The translations under genes and the position numbers were made by a program. The notes beneath the pieces are model-generated. The model saw only the letters and a list, made by a program, of their open reading frames with translations, had not been told where the DNA came from and made no database searches. 64,000 nucleotides of DNA from a virus. The stretch lies in IMG/VR virus record IMGVR_UViG_3300037041_001083, positions 15,996 to 79,995 of that record; one strand, given 5' to 3'. Shown here piece after piece: positions 28,237 through 37,457 of the stretch (position 1 is its first letter; each line of letters opens with the position of its first letter).

Positions 28237-30360
28237 TTATGCTTCCCGTATTGCTATTATTGTTGGCAATATAAAGCGGATGCCCTCCCAAGGCTCGACA
28301 GCTAATTCATAACGTAGTTTCCCTGCGGATGCTTCGATAAGATTAGTGAGCTTGGAATCATAGCTTTTAATACTACCGCCACTTCTTTCAGAAGTTTCTG
28401 ATTGTTCAATCGCATTAAGCACATCTTGACGACTAAACTTGGATACGCCTTGGAATACTGCTTTCATGTATCGACGATGATTAAATGCGAATATATCAAG
28501 TGACTCTACAGTTTCAATGAATATATTTGCGTTGTTTTCATCGGTTTTCCAACACTCGTATCCACCGACAATTCTGTTGATATTGGATTCATCAGGAGCA
28601 GCAAATAAGCAGCCACCCTTGACCATTTCGGAACCATTGCGAATTGAATCCCACGATGCATCTTGGGTCAAACCGCTTACTGGTAACACACGATTTTCAA
28701 GTGGTGTTCCTACTGGGCTACCAGATTGAATTTGAGCGCATACCACTGGGAACGCATATTCTGGATAAGTAACAATGTTGCCATCAATATCGAGGTCATC
28801 AACTATTTGGCTGGTTACTGCAACTCGACGGCTGTTCAACCGAGTACATTCATCGAGGAACGCTTGCTTGTTGCCGCTGATGGAAACGTAGCCTTGGCAC
28901 TCAGAACGTCCAAGGATGCTGGAGCGGTTTTCAACATGATCTTTAAGGATTGAGTTGACAGACTCGATAACGACGCTGCTACCATCCTGATCGTCTGAGG
29001 AAAACAATGGGATTGCAATGTTGGTACGAAAGGATAACAGCGCATTAAACGCATCCTGTACTGAACTATTTGAGGTGCTACCATCAGAGCCACCCTGAAA
29101 CTGCGTGGATGCCAAAGTTGTAGGCAATTTGTCGCCTTCATTTTCAGCACTACGAATAACATCAACCAATGTGCTTGTTTTGTAAGACCAGTCAACAAGT
29201 TCCCAAATACCAGCCTTGAAAGTTGTTGCAGTAGTTTTAATGCTTACTGGAGTAACAATTAAATCAAGATCAGATACCTTGAAATTGTCCTTGCTGTTCA
29301 ATATGGCTGCTGTGTAACCAATCTTTGCATTGATAATTTGTGCAAGCTGTTTAAGTGTGCGACCAGTACAGTCAACACTAAATGCTGCTGATCCATCACT
29401 AGCTCCAGTAACAGTAGTCACAAGAGTCAACACATTTCCAACATAACTTAATGCTGCGGTTGCTGCGGAACCATTGCCTGTGTATACAAGACTGAAATAA
29501 GTTGCCAAGCCACATGCAGGACTTGATTCAGGTACACTAAGCTCATCTCTTATAGTTAATGATGTGCCACCACCAACAGTTGCGATTGCAGCAGTATACA
29601 ATGCAGTAAATGCACCATATTGTTTCGTCTTAATCGTTATTTGTGGAACAGTGTCAGCAGTAACACCACCAGTTTGAGTAACAGTAAATCCTGATGTACC
29701 TGCACTTTGACCAGTTCTTAATCCAGTTGCAATATCCGTTGCAATAACTGATGGATTAGTACCAGCAGCAGTCCATGCACCGTCACCACTGATTGCACTT
29801 CTTACAGCGATAGCAACATTATTAGCGGAATCACCACTGGCTACAGTAGTAATTTTTACTGATCTATCTGCTCCGTGTACTGGTTCAATGGTTGTGCCTG
29901 TTTCATCAATCCAAAATGCAACTGTTCCATCAGCATCAGGAATAACAAAATATTTACCATCAAGAGAGCCAAGTGTGTCAGCAACGCAACCAATAGTAAT
30001 TACGTTTGCTACGCCCGTAACAAGCCCACCTACCTCAATTTGAGACTGTGTAGAATTGTTGGTTTTGAAAAACAAAACTGTCGAAGCTCCACCGGGAACT
30101 AATGGGTCAGAAGCAGTTGCTCGTAGTGCCAAACGCACCATGTTAGCACCCGGCCCACTTTTCAGTTCGTCTTTAACAATTTTTGGCGATGAGCCTCCGG
30201 GAAACAAATGCATACCCGGTTTGCCGCCAACTGACTCTCCTACAAGCGCAACGATTCCAATTCCACCAGCCGATGGCTGTAGCAATCTGGAAACATCTGT
30301 GTAGGAATACACGCCGGGAATCGAAAGTTCCTGACCCATGAAAACAACAGTCCTGCCCAT
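28237..30360 (-). CDS. Tail sheath protein
   Basis: IPGVYS, ALVGES.GG.PG, F.GGSDG, C-terminal V.P...I.FI motifs; 707 aa. Confidence 0.9.
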   Translation of the reverse strand: MGRTVVFMGQELSIPGVYSYTDVSRLLQPSAGGIGIVALVGESVGGKPGMHLFPGGSSPKIVKDELKSGPGANMVRLALRATASDPLVPGGASTVLFFKTNNSTQSQIEVGGLVTGVANVITIGCVADTLGSLDGKYFVIPDADGTVAFWIDETGTTIEPVHGADRSVKITTVASGDSANNVAIAVRSAISGDGAWTAAGTNPSVIATDIATGLRTGQSAGTSGFTVTQTGGVTADTVPQITIKTKQYGAFTALYTAAIATVGGGTSLTIRDELSVPESSPACGLATYFSLVYTGNGSAATAALSYVGNVLTLVTTVTGASDGSAAFSVDCTGRTLKQLAQIINAKIGYTAAILNSKDNFKVSDLDLIVTPVSIKTTATTFKAGIWELVDWSYKTSTLVDVIRSAENEGDKLPTTLASTQFQGGSDGSTSNSSVQDAFNALLSFRTNIAIPLFSSDDQDGSSVVIESVNSILKDHVENRSSILGRSECQGYVSISGNKQAFLDECTRLNSRRVAVTSQIVDDLDIDGNIVTYPEYAFPVVCAQIQSGSPVGTPLENRVLPVSGLTQDASWDSIRNGSEMVKGGCLFAAPDESNINRIVGGYECWKTDENNANIFIETVESLDIFAFNHRRYMKAVFQGVSKFSRQDVLNAIEQSETSERSGGSIKSYDSKLTNLIEASAGKLRYELAVEPWEGIRFILPTIIAIREA

Positions 30361-30378
30361 AAATACCCCCTCAATAAA

Positions 30379-30612
30379 TCAATAATTCAGGAAGAGTGTC
30401 ACGAACTCTTGTTCGGTAGCGAACTCTTTACCTTTACGAATTGCGAAAGCCCTCTTGCCTCCACGTTCCCATAACGGTATTCCCTTTATCCTCAAATATA
30501 CGTCAACATGAACCTTGGCTCCAACAGGTGGCAAAAAAGCCGTTTCTGGCTCCTTCAGCTCACTTTTGTCAAACTGCACATATTCACCACTACTTTTGTA
30601 TTCCCTTTTCAT
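30379..30612 (-). CDS. Small protein upstream of sheath
   Basis: Likely start MKREYK after GGGGG; typical position. Confidence 0.5.
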   Translation of the reverse strand: MKREYKSSGEYVQFDKSELKEPETAFLPPVGAKVHVDVYLRIKGIPLWERGGKRAFAIRKGKEFATEQEFVTLFLNY

Positions 30613-31000
30613 TCTGACCCCCTGACATCTTGAAAGCACCCGTTAGGGTTTTGATTGCTTGAAAAATTAACTCCGATGCTAACGTCGTGAACATCGGTGG
30701 CTTTGACTTAATTCTAACGAAAGGCATGTTGTTATGGAAGATGCTAATTAATTGTTTGCCAACGGGATCGTAAGTTATCATGTTAGGCTTCAATATGTGA
30801 TATTTCTCACAGAGCTTTACCATGTACTCATTCCTCGACTGAACAATCTGATCCTTAAACAAACTCAGGTTATGCCCAAGTTCATTATGCACCGTTTCCA
30901 TCGCTCTTATATGCTCGAACATAGCTATTTCACTATCAGCTATTTTTATCGTTAATTGACTGTTGGCTTTTTGCCATTCTAACACTGACTCTTCTAACAC
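30590..31000 (-). CDS. Hypothetical protein
   Basis: GGAGG plus GTG start, 136 aa. Confidence 0.55.
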   Translation of the reverse strand: MLEESVLEWQKANSQLTIKIADSEIAMFEHIRAMETVHNELGHNLSLFKDQIVQSRNEYMVKLCEKYHILKPNMITYDPVGKQLISIFHNNMPFVRIKSKPPMFTTLASELIFQAIKTLTGAFKMSGGQNEKGIQK

Positions 31001-31009
31001 TTTAGCCTC

Positions 31010-31759
31010 CTATATCGGCACTTGTTCGCCACCACCTATGTCAATCGCTCCACCTTCAACTTCGGTGTATCCATTTTGAGGAATCCAAAACCCTTCGGTC
31101 TTACTACAGTTTACAGCACAATCACGCTGGTAAACAAAGTTACCAGCTTCAATGTATTCTGACCTTGGCTCAACGTCACCCCATGCTTGGGTAAAGTTTT
31201 TTAACCCGTATGCCTCCAGCTCCAAACGATACCGCATGAACGCATATTTTATAATGGTATACAAAATTGTTGTGTGACTCTCTGAATTAGTTGCCAAGGT
31301 TACAGTGTTGGTACAATCAAATTCGGTAACATATTGCTTAATCCGCTGACCTACATATTCACCTTCTCCAGCAGTACCACCTACATAATCATCGGCTGAA
31401 TCGTTGTCCATCCTGATTGAAATGCAAGGGAAATCAGCCATAGTCATCGGAAAACCGTGGATGATTTTTATGTTTGCTTCGGCAAGATATTGCCGTATTT
31501 CAGTAACAGTCGGGAAACTATTTCTCCATATTGATAGCATCCCAGTTTCAGCCTGACGACGAGGTATTTCAGCGAGGCGTTGCTGGAAATAATCCATTGG
31601 CAATTTATCTCTGTGTCCATCATCACCCATTACTGCACCCTCATTGGTGCAATCGCTGGTAATAAATAACTGTTCAAGCAATCCCGGAGTATTCACTACA
31701 TCGTCAAACCCTATGCGAATTGCAAACTCAAGAAGTATGCCAGTGTTGATAAAAGCCAT
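31010..31759 (-). CDS. Tail terminator/neck protein
   Basis: FP....P.ISI motif; lies before the sheath gene. Confidence 0.55.
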   Translation of the reverse strand: MAFINTGILLEFAIRIGFDDVVNTPGLLEQLFITSDCTNEGAVMGDDGHRDKLPMDYFQQRLAEIPRRQAETGMLSIWRNSFPTVTEIRQYLAEANIKIIHGFPMTMADFPCISIRMDNDSADDYVGGTAGEGEYVGQRIKQYVTEFDCTNTVTLATNSESHTTILYTIIKYAFMRYRLELEAYGLKNFTQAWGDVEPRSEYIEAGNFVYQRDCAVNCSKTEGFWIPQNGYTEVEGGAIDIGGGEQVPI

Positions 31760-31766
31760 TTTGTAC

Positions 31767-32492
31767 TCACTTTTTCTTTGTCATTGATGGCTTAAACCAC
31801 TTAGGGTTTTTACCAGTCGTTTGCTTTTGACGCTCTTTTTCACCAAGTATTGCTTGCCGTATCATGTTCATTACCAAAGGCTCAGTTTCACGCTGCACCT
31901 TCTCTGAAAGCTTTTTCCCCTCAACAGCAGGTGACAGCCACTTAGTTGGATCTTGCCGTATTGCCTTCTCAGATATTGTAACAATGTTTCCATCAGTGCT
32001 TGTGGCCTTCAATGGCTTTTTAAGCAACTTTCTCTGCTCGTATTTACCGATACCACCATACGTTTTTATGATTGGTATTTTACCCTTGGGAACCGTCCTT
32101 TTAAAGTCGTCCTTAACCTTCTTTTGAGTCGAGGTAGCACGAAATTTTGTTTTACCTCGATTTGGTATGCGGATAGGCAAATAGCGGTATCCATCCTTGC
32201 TTACTCTGGTCTTTTTTGAGCTGGATAATATTGCCAGTCCTATATTAAAAGCCTTGTGGCCTACCTCATACCAGTTTGCATGTTTTGCGAGGTTCTGGAT
32301 AACGATTTCCCCCGGACGTACGATAATTGATTTGTCCTGTAATAAGCCACTTGCGTACTCTCCTGACTGGTGAGGCGATAATGAAAGCCAGTAGTCACGA
32401 ACAAATTTTGCTGAGTTGTCCAATGCCCTTCTCATGGTGATATTGGCAAAAAACTCAACTGGCATTTTCATCACAATTTTTACTGCCATCAA
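31767..32492 (-). CDS. Neck/tail-completion protein (HK97 gp10-like)
   Basis: SPHQSGEY...HANWYEVG...F...SKDGYRY..I motifs; basic protein. Confidence 0.55.
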   Translation of the reverse strand: MMAVKIVMKMPVEFFANITMRRALDNSAKFVRDYWLSLSPHQSGEYASGLLQDKSIIVRPGEIVIQNLAKHANWYEVGHKAFNIGLAILSSSKKTRVSKDGYRYLPIRIPNRGKTKFRATSTQKKVKDDFKRTVPKGKIPIIKTYGGIGKYEQRKLLKKPLKATSTDGNIVTISEKAIRQDPTKWLSPAVEGKKLSEKVQRETEPLVMNMIRQAILGEKERQKQTTGKNPKWFKPSMTKKK

Positions 32493-32731
32493 ATCCTCTG
32501 GTTTGAAACCGCTGTTGGATGCGTCATTGCATGAAATTTTTCCATCGTGGTAACGAGGACTTTAACACCATCCTTGTATAGTTTCTGCAACATTTTAGCA
32601 TGGTGTTTGGCTTCGGATATGTCGTCATAAGCGTGATGATAAGCGACCTTTTGAAAATCTTTTCCGTACATGGAGCAAACTACGAATTGCTCTTTTTTAC
32701 TTTTTTTTTTCCTGTTGTTGACTGCGACCAA
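32489..32731 (-). CDS. Hypothetical protein (possibly a frameshift extension of the upstream gene)
   Basis: TTG start without a clear SD; overlaps the upstream ORF in the -1 frame across an A10 run. Confidence 0.45.
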   Translation of the reverse strand: MVAVNNRKKKSKKEQFVVCSMYGKDFQKVAYHHAYDDISEAKHHAKMLQKLYKDGVKVLVTTMEKFHAMTHPTAVSNQRI

Positions 32732-33768
32732 TCAACCATCGCTTTAACGAGGTCAGCTCGTGATTTTTTAACTGTTTTTTTCTTTAATAATTCATCACCA
32801 TAGTGAGTAACAAAATGGCCATTTCCACTCATCATTCCGTCTGATGGAATATGTGGCAAATGTTTTCCTGTCAAATCCTTATACGCCTGCTTATGCTTGT
32901 TAGCCATAATAAAATGTTTCATATACAGTTTTTCATGTACAGCTTCACCGTATTTCGGATCACCTGATTCAAGAGATTCGTTATGTTCATTGGATCGTGT
33001 CATATGAAATGCATATGCTTTTGCGTGTTTCTGTTCTGTAGATAATGGGGCAGGTTTTGAGGTTTGCTGATTTTGTCCTTGGTTCCTATTTGGAGGAGGT
33101 GGCTGTCGTCCTGCTCCTGCTGCTGGCTTTCTGTTGTACCTTGCCATTGCTGCTGGTGAGTATTGAGTAGCCTTATTGATAGCATCACTCAACATGTCTC
33201 GGGATTTTTTTACCGTATTTCCCATCCTTCTTTTGTTTGTAGTAACCATTTTATCCAAAAGCTCCTTTTTTTGTTCAGGAGTATTAAGCCCCATTTTACG
33301 ACTAATACCAGCTAAATGTTCTTTAGCGTGAGCTGTTGGGTCATTGTGATATTGATGCAATTCATTTCCAATTGGTTTTTGATGCTTTTCAAAATGATGT
33401 TGCATAAGTGCTGGAGGAAAAGATAAATCTTTAGATATGTTGTGAGCATGGTCTAAATATTTATTCATGTGAAACTTTGCCGCTTCTGCCAAATCTTTTT
33501 TATCATTATTGCTGTAACTTCCGAATTTAGGGTCATGTTTAGGCGATGAAGTAACGAAATGAAATTGCCTAAAATGTTCTACAGCATCATGATATTCTGG
33601 ATGTTGCGATATTTGATGGTTGTATGTTCCTTCCTTGAATTGCCCTTTTAGTGCCTTATTGATAGCATCACTCAACATGTCTCGGGATGAATTAATTAAA
33701 TCATTTTTTTTATTATACATTGAAGTCAATCCTCTTACTTTAGGTATTTTTGTTACGAGGCCATTCAA
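32680..33768 (-). CDS. His/Lys-rich modular protein with repeated K-S/K-A motifs (putative internal head protein)
   Basis: SRDMLSDAINKA occurs twice and VKKS three times, separating His-rich modules. Confidence 0.55.
   Translation of the reverse strand: MNGLVTKIPKVRGLTSMYNKKNDLINSSRDMLSDAINKALKGQFKEGTYNHQISQHPEYHDAVEHFRQFHFVTSSPKHDPKFGSYSNNDKKDLAEAAKFHMNKYLDHAHNISKDLSFPPALMQHHFEKHQKPIGNELHQYHNDPTAHAKEHLAGISRKMGLNTPEQKKELLDKMVTTNKRRMGNTVKKSRDMLSDAINKATQYSPAAMARYNRKPAAGAGRQPPPPNRNQGQNQQTSKPAPLSTEQKHAKAYAFHMTRSNEHNESLESGDPKYGEAVHEKLYMKHFIMANKHKQAYKDLTGKHLPHIPSDGMMSGNGHFVTHYGDELLKKKTVKKSRADLVKAMVDWSQSTTGKKKVKKSNS
33171..33204. repeat. ~34-bp direct repeat (second copy at about 33653-33687)
   Basis: GCCTTATTGATAGCATCACTCAACATGTCTCGGGA is present twice within the same gene. 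Confidence 0.85.
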
Positions 33769-34033
33769 CTTTTTTCAAGCGTAGTAATTCATTACCACCA
33801 GTAGTCGTTTCGGTAACAGTGGACTTCACGCCATAAATGCCAGACTCAAGCTCCGCTCCTGCTGGAACATGAACGTAGCCTTTGTGCATACCTAATTCTT
33901 GTGGGTCTTCATAACCAACCTTCAAAAAGGATTCGCCATTAATTAACTCTTTAATGGTTGCACCTTGTTTAATAAATATGGTTTTGATTCCAACTGGATT
34001 GTTTGGAAATGGGCTAATTATTCTCATAATCAA
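33740..34033 (-). CDS. Hypothetical protein
   Basis: 97-aa ORF coupled to its neighbours. Confidence 0.5.
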   Translation of the reverse strand: MIMRIISPFPNNPVGIKTIFIKQGATIKELINGESFLKVGYEDPQELGMHKGYVHVPAGAELESGIYGVKSTVTETTTGGNELLRLKKVEWPRNKNT

Positions 34034-34425
34034 TCTCCTGCTAAGTAATAAATTCCCTTAGCAACATCCGTTGTTGAAGGGTTGGTTAATGAAATTGCTG
34101 TGAACTCCATATGAAGAACACTTGTTTTTCCGCCTAAAAACTTGAGTAGCTGCGTCTGGCCTAAACTATTCGTTAGTTTAACCTGAATGTCAGCATAGGG
34201 TTTTAATACCAGCACTTTTGCAAGCGCAACAGTACCCATACCTAAATCGAGGTTTCCGCCAGATATAGCCATAGTGTATCGACCATGACTTGATTCGCTG
34301 TAATCCGAAAAGCTAAGTTGTTCAGCTACTAACTGAAATTCTTTCTCGGTAAGTGCAGCTCCAGCTTGCGAAGGATTCCTTGCAGCTTGAAATGACAATG
34401 TTTGCGTGATTAAAATGTCGCCCAT
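34030..34425 (-). CDS. Hypothetical virion protein
   Basis: 131 aa, beta-rich; SD GGGGG. Confidence 0.55.
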   Translation of the reverse strand: MGDILITQTLSFQAARNPSQAGAALTEKEFQLVAEQLSFSDYSESSHGRYTMAISGGNLDLGMGTVALAKVLVLKPYADIQVKLTNSLGQTQLLKFLGGKTSVLHMEFTAISLTNPSTTDVAKGIYYLAGD

Positions 34426-34440
34426 CTTATCCCCCGTTTG

Positions 34441-35274
34441 CTAAACAAATGGCCCTCGACCTTTAGGTGAATTGTAAGTCGAAGGAACCGCTAAGTCGAT
34501 TGCTCCACGCTCTCGTGATGACAACGCCCTATCCAGCCTCACCGCCTGACAATTAAAAGGATACACCACATCGGTCGTCAATATCTTGGGTTCAACAATC
34601 GTATCATCATGCGATACTCGCAACATTGGCTTAACTGTTTCCTCCATCACCATGTACTCAGGACGAGCTTTATATCGCAAGCTGTACTTTGTACCTACTG
34701 GTAAAGGTCGCAAGAAAATAATCCTACGTTGTGTTGCGTCGAACTGCCAATCGGTTTTTGCAAGCATTTCAGCTTGAACCCTGCCTGAAGAATAAACAGC
34801 AACATCCTCAACGCAAATCACATCACGAAACCGCAATGCTTCTGCTGTAGAACCGTCAGTTAATGTTGATCCCAAAACGTGGTTTTCGTCGTTGATAACT
34901 TCGATGTCAGCGCATACCTGAATGATGTCGCCATCACCCGGAATAACACCCGGCAAGAACGTAATTGAAACGCTCCCTGCGTAGTATTTCCCACCCACAC
35001 CGTCTTTCTTTGTCGTTGACCTTGAATGTACCTGCGCCCTACGAAAAATCGGCTCCTGCTGCCATGCTTGATGAAACCAGCCTAACCCTCTGCATGAATG
35101 ACATGCTGGATTAGGTTGACCAGTTTCAGGCATGGTGCATGGACAACGCATCGCTCTCCAGTACCGTATTGATACTGAATGTTGCTCGATAAAATCCTTA
35201 ATTATGCCAGCATCCAGTTGTGGATACCGAACATAACCAGCGGTTTTATTTGCGCCCGGACGAATAGAGAACAT
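34441..35274 (-). CDS. Head closure/neck protein (SPO1-like)
   Basis: WRAMRCPC...P.CHSCRGLGW motif, as in neck proteins of SPO1-like myoviruses. Confidence 0.7.
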   Translation of the reverse strand: MFSIRPGANKTAGYVRYPQLDAGIIKDFIEQHSVSIRYWRAMRCPCTMPETGQPNPACHSCRGLGWFHQAWQQEPIFRRAQVHSRSTTKKDGVGGKYYAGSVSITFLPGVIPGDGDIIQVCADIEVINDENHVLGSTLTDGSTAEALRFRDVICVEDVAVYSSGRVQAEMLAKTDWQFDATQRRIIFLRPLPVGTKYSLRYKARPEYMVMEETVKPMLRVSHDDTIVEPKILTTDVVYPFNCQAVRLDRALSSRERGAIDLAVPSTYNSPKGRGPFV

Positions 35275-35277
35275 TTA

Positions 35278-35853
35278 TTAGGCTTTCAACACTGTGACGA
35301 CAATTACGGAACCAGCACCCGGAGCAGCACTCCAAACACCAGTAAGAGCGTCAACAGCCTGAGTATTGTAACCCAACAATGGAAGGCTATTTGCACCGGG
35401 AACGCTTTGAACTACCGATAAGATAGTGTCAGCAACAGCAAGGCCAGTTACAGTCATTGCTTCGGTTGCGCCAGCTCCAACACCAGCAGCAGAGGTATAA
35501 ACAACAACTTTGGATGCAGTCAATTTTGCTGCAACATTGCCGTCAAGCTTATTGATTGCTTGCAAAATGGTGTCGCCAACTGCAAGTGCGCCAGCTCCAG
35601 AAACAAACCCTGCTATCAACTTCGATGTAACTGCGGCATCTGTGAAAGCTGCGGTTGCCATTTTTGCGCTAAGGTCACTTACCAAGCTCGCAATTTTAGT
35701 CTGAGGAATGTTGCTGGGTAATTCACCGACGATAATGCTCAAGGCATTGTCAATCAGCTTAGGCAACATGTCAGGGTCTTGGATATTTGGAGCAGCCCTG
35801 CGTAAACTATTAACCTGTGCATCCGTTAAGTAAACGTAACCTAAAGCAGCCAT
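35278..35853 (-). CDS. Virion structural protein (head fibre/decoration-like)
   Basis: Ala/Gly/Val-rich, GDTILQAINKLDGN fibre-type motif, strong SD AAAGGAG. Confidence 0.5.
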   Translation of the reverse strand: MAALGYVYLTDAQVNSLRRAAPNIQDPDMLPKLIDNALSIIVGELPSNIPQTKIASLVSDLSAKMATAAFTDAAVTSKLIAGFVSGAGALAVGDTILQAINKLDGNVAAKLTASKVVVYTSAAGVGAGATEAMTVTGLAVADTILSVVQSVPGANSLPLLGYNTQAVDALTGVWSAAPGAGSVIVVTVLKA

Positions 35854-35957
35854 GATTATCTCCTTTCGTGAGGTAATGTGTTCTAAACCAAGGTTAAACT
35901 TAAACTTCTCTCAAAACAATCACTTTGCTACCGAAACCAATTTTCGGCTACAAATCC

Positions 35958-36296
35958 TTATGGCCTGAAATAACTCATAATCTGTGCTATATTTGCCGTT
36001 ATCGCTATTGCACCAACAATAACTACTCCGAAAATAACACTGATTATTTTAAAAGCAAAAAATATATCATCTAGGGTTTTTTGTGTAGCTTCTGCAAGTA
36101 TTTGTACTGTTTCAATATGTGCATTACAGGATGATCGACAAGTTACTTGAATATCCTCTAAATTATCACTTCTTTTCTTGTGTTCCTCAACCGTGGCCGT
36201 CAAACGAATTAATGTTTTACCTTGCTCGATTTGCTCATTCAACATGCGTTCATTTTGAACAATCATCATGTCGATTAATGGCTTTAATTCATTCAC
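35958..36296 (-). CDS. Coiled-coil protein with C-terminal TM helix
   Basis: Heptad region followed by FFAFKIISVIFGVVIVGAIAI. Confidence 0.55.
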   Translation of the reverse strand: MNELKPLIDMMIVQNERMLNEQIEQGKTLIRLTATVEEHKKRSDNLEDIQVTCRSSCNAHIETVQILAEATQKTLDDIFFAFKIISVIFGVVIVGAIAITANIAQIMSYFRP

Positions 36297-36311
36297 AATA
36301 TGCGCTCCAAA

Positions 36312-37457
36312 TCAGAAGAAAGCTACCATTATTCCCTTATAAGTGCGCCTCATGTCAAGTAATCTTTCTTCGGTCAAGTCCTGCTCATATCGTACAGCCA
36401 ATGCGCCAAACATCGAACGCTCATTGCTCGCCAATAAATTAACGCTTGAACTCAACCCATCCACGCTGGCAGAACGATTCGCAATGCCTCGACTGATTTC
36501 CATGCCTATCTGGTCAAGGATATGGCAAGCCGCCCTTTTCATAATCGTATCACAAATATCCCTTGGGATTTGGTCGTTCGCTGATCCGTAGGTATAGTCA
36601 ACACACCAAAATCCGGGAACCGTATTTGAACCGTTTACTTCGAGCAACATCCATTCCAAGAACTGACCATTTTCATCAATTATGTAGGAGTTTGCACCAG
36701 CCTGTGTTGGTCTGATACGGAAAAATCCTGATTTGAACTCGTTACCGTCAATCCATTCATTCGGAACATGATAAACAATTCGCTTGTTATAAACACCAGC
36801 TACACGGTTTATTCTGATGATATTGGAATGAGGTAGTCGAACAGTTGCCCACCTGCCTGACGCATTGGAGTATTGAAGTAAGCTACCCTCTTCGTCATAG
36901 TCAACATTTAACTGAGGATTACCTGATGCAAATGGTCGTGTCAAAACTCTCATTTGTTTTAAAGGTATGCCAAGCTTTTGTTGCATGAACGATATTGAGT
37001 TATCAATAAAATGCTGCAACAAGTTATCTGGTAGGAAATAGTTTTGAATAGCACTACGCACAGGCCATAGGTAAAACCGTTTTAATGCACATGCTGTTAA
37101 GTCTGCCAATGTGCAATTAAGTAGCAAGTTGAAGTTAGGAGTACCTGTTGATAACTGTGTCGTTACTAAAACATCGTAACGTAACACTCTCTTTCCTGAA
37201 CTTGTAAATGGCTCATATTCCCATACATCATGATATGTACCAGTGTGATTCATTATCCCTGCTGGAATGGTTGCTTGGTACGATCCAAGACCAACATGGA
37301 ATATATCGTTTGGATGTATGAAGTGAATAGGCGCATAATTTTCATCTAATATTCTTACTCCAAACATTTGATGAACGTCGGATATTTGACCACCAAACAT
37401 GTGACGAAAGCCTAATAAGCACTCCTCGCCTACTAAAGTCTCAAATCTTGTTCCCAT
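36312..37457 (-). CDS. Head-tail adaptor/neck protein
   Basis: C-terminal VDYTYG...IP.DI...I...A...GIA..S.SVDGLSSS motif of SPO1-like adaptors. Confidence 0.65.
   Translation of the reverse strand: MGTRFETLVGEECLLGFRHMFGGQISDVHQMFGVRILDENYAPIHFIHPNDIFHVGLGSYQATIPAGIMNHTGTYHDVWEYEPFTSSGKRVLRYDVLVTTQLSTGTPNFNLLLNCTLADLTACALKRFYLWPVRSAIQNYFLPDNLLQHFIDNSISFMQQKLGIPLKQMRVLTRPFASGNPQLNVDYDEEGSLLQYSNASGRWATVRLPHSNIIRINRVAGVYNKRIVYHVPNEWIDGNEFKSGFFRIRPTQAGANSYIIDENGQFLEWMLLEVNGSNTVPGFWCVDYTYGSANDQIPRDICDTIMKRAACHILDQIGMEISRGIANRSASVDGLSSSVNLLASNERSMFGALAVRYEQDLTEERLLDMRRTYKGIMVAFF

Noticed and set aside
15380-30360. Sheath/tube/baseplate block as an eCIS, tailocin or T6SS
   Set aside because: Terminase, portal, protease and capsid genes are in the same operon, so it is a phage tail.
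33171-33687. ~34-bp direct repeat resembling a CRISPR repeat or att site
   Set aside because: Only two copies ~480 bp apart, both in frame within a CDS; no cas genes or integrase in the window.
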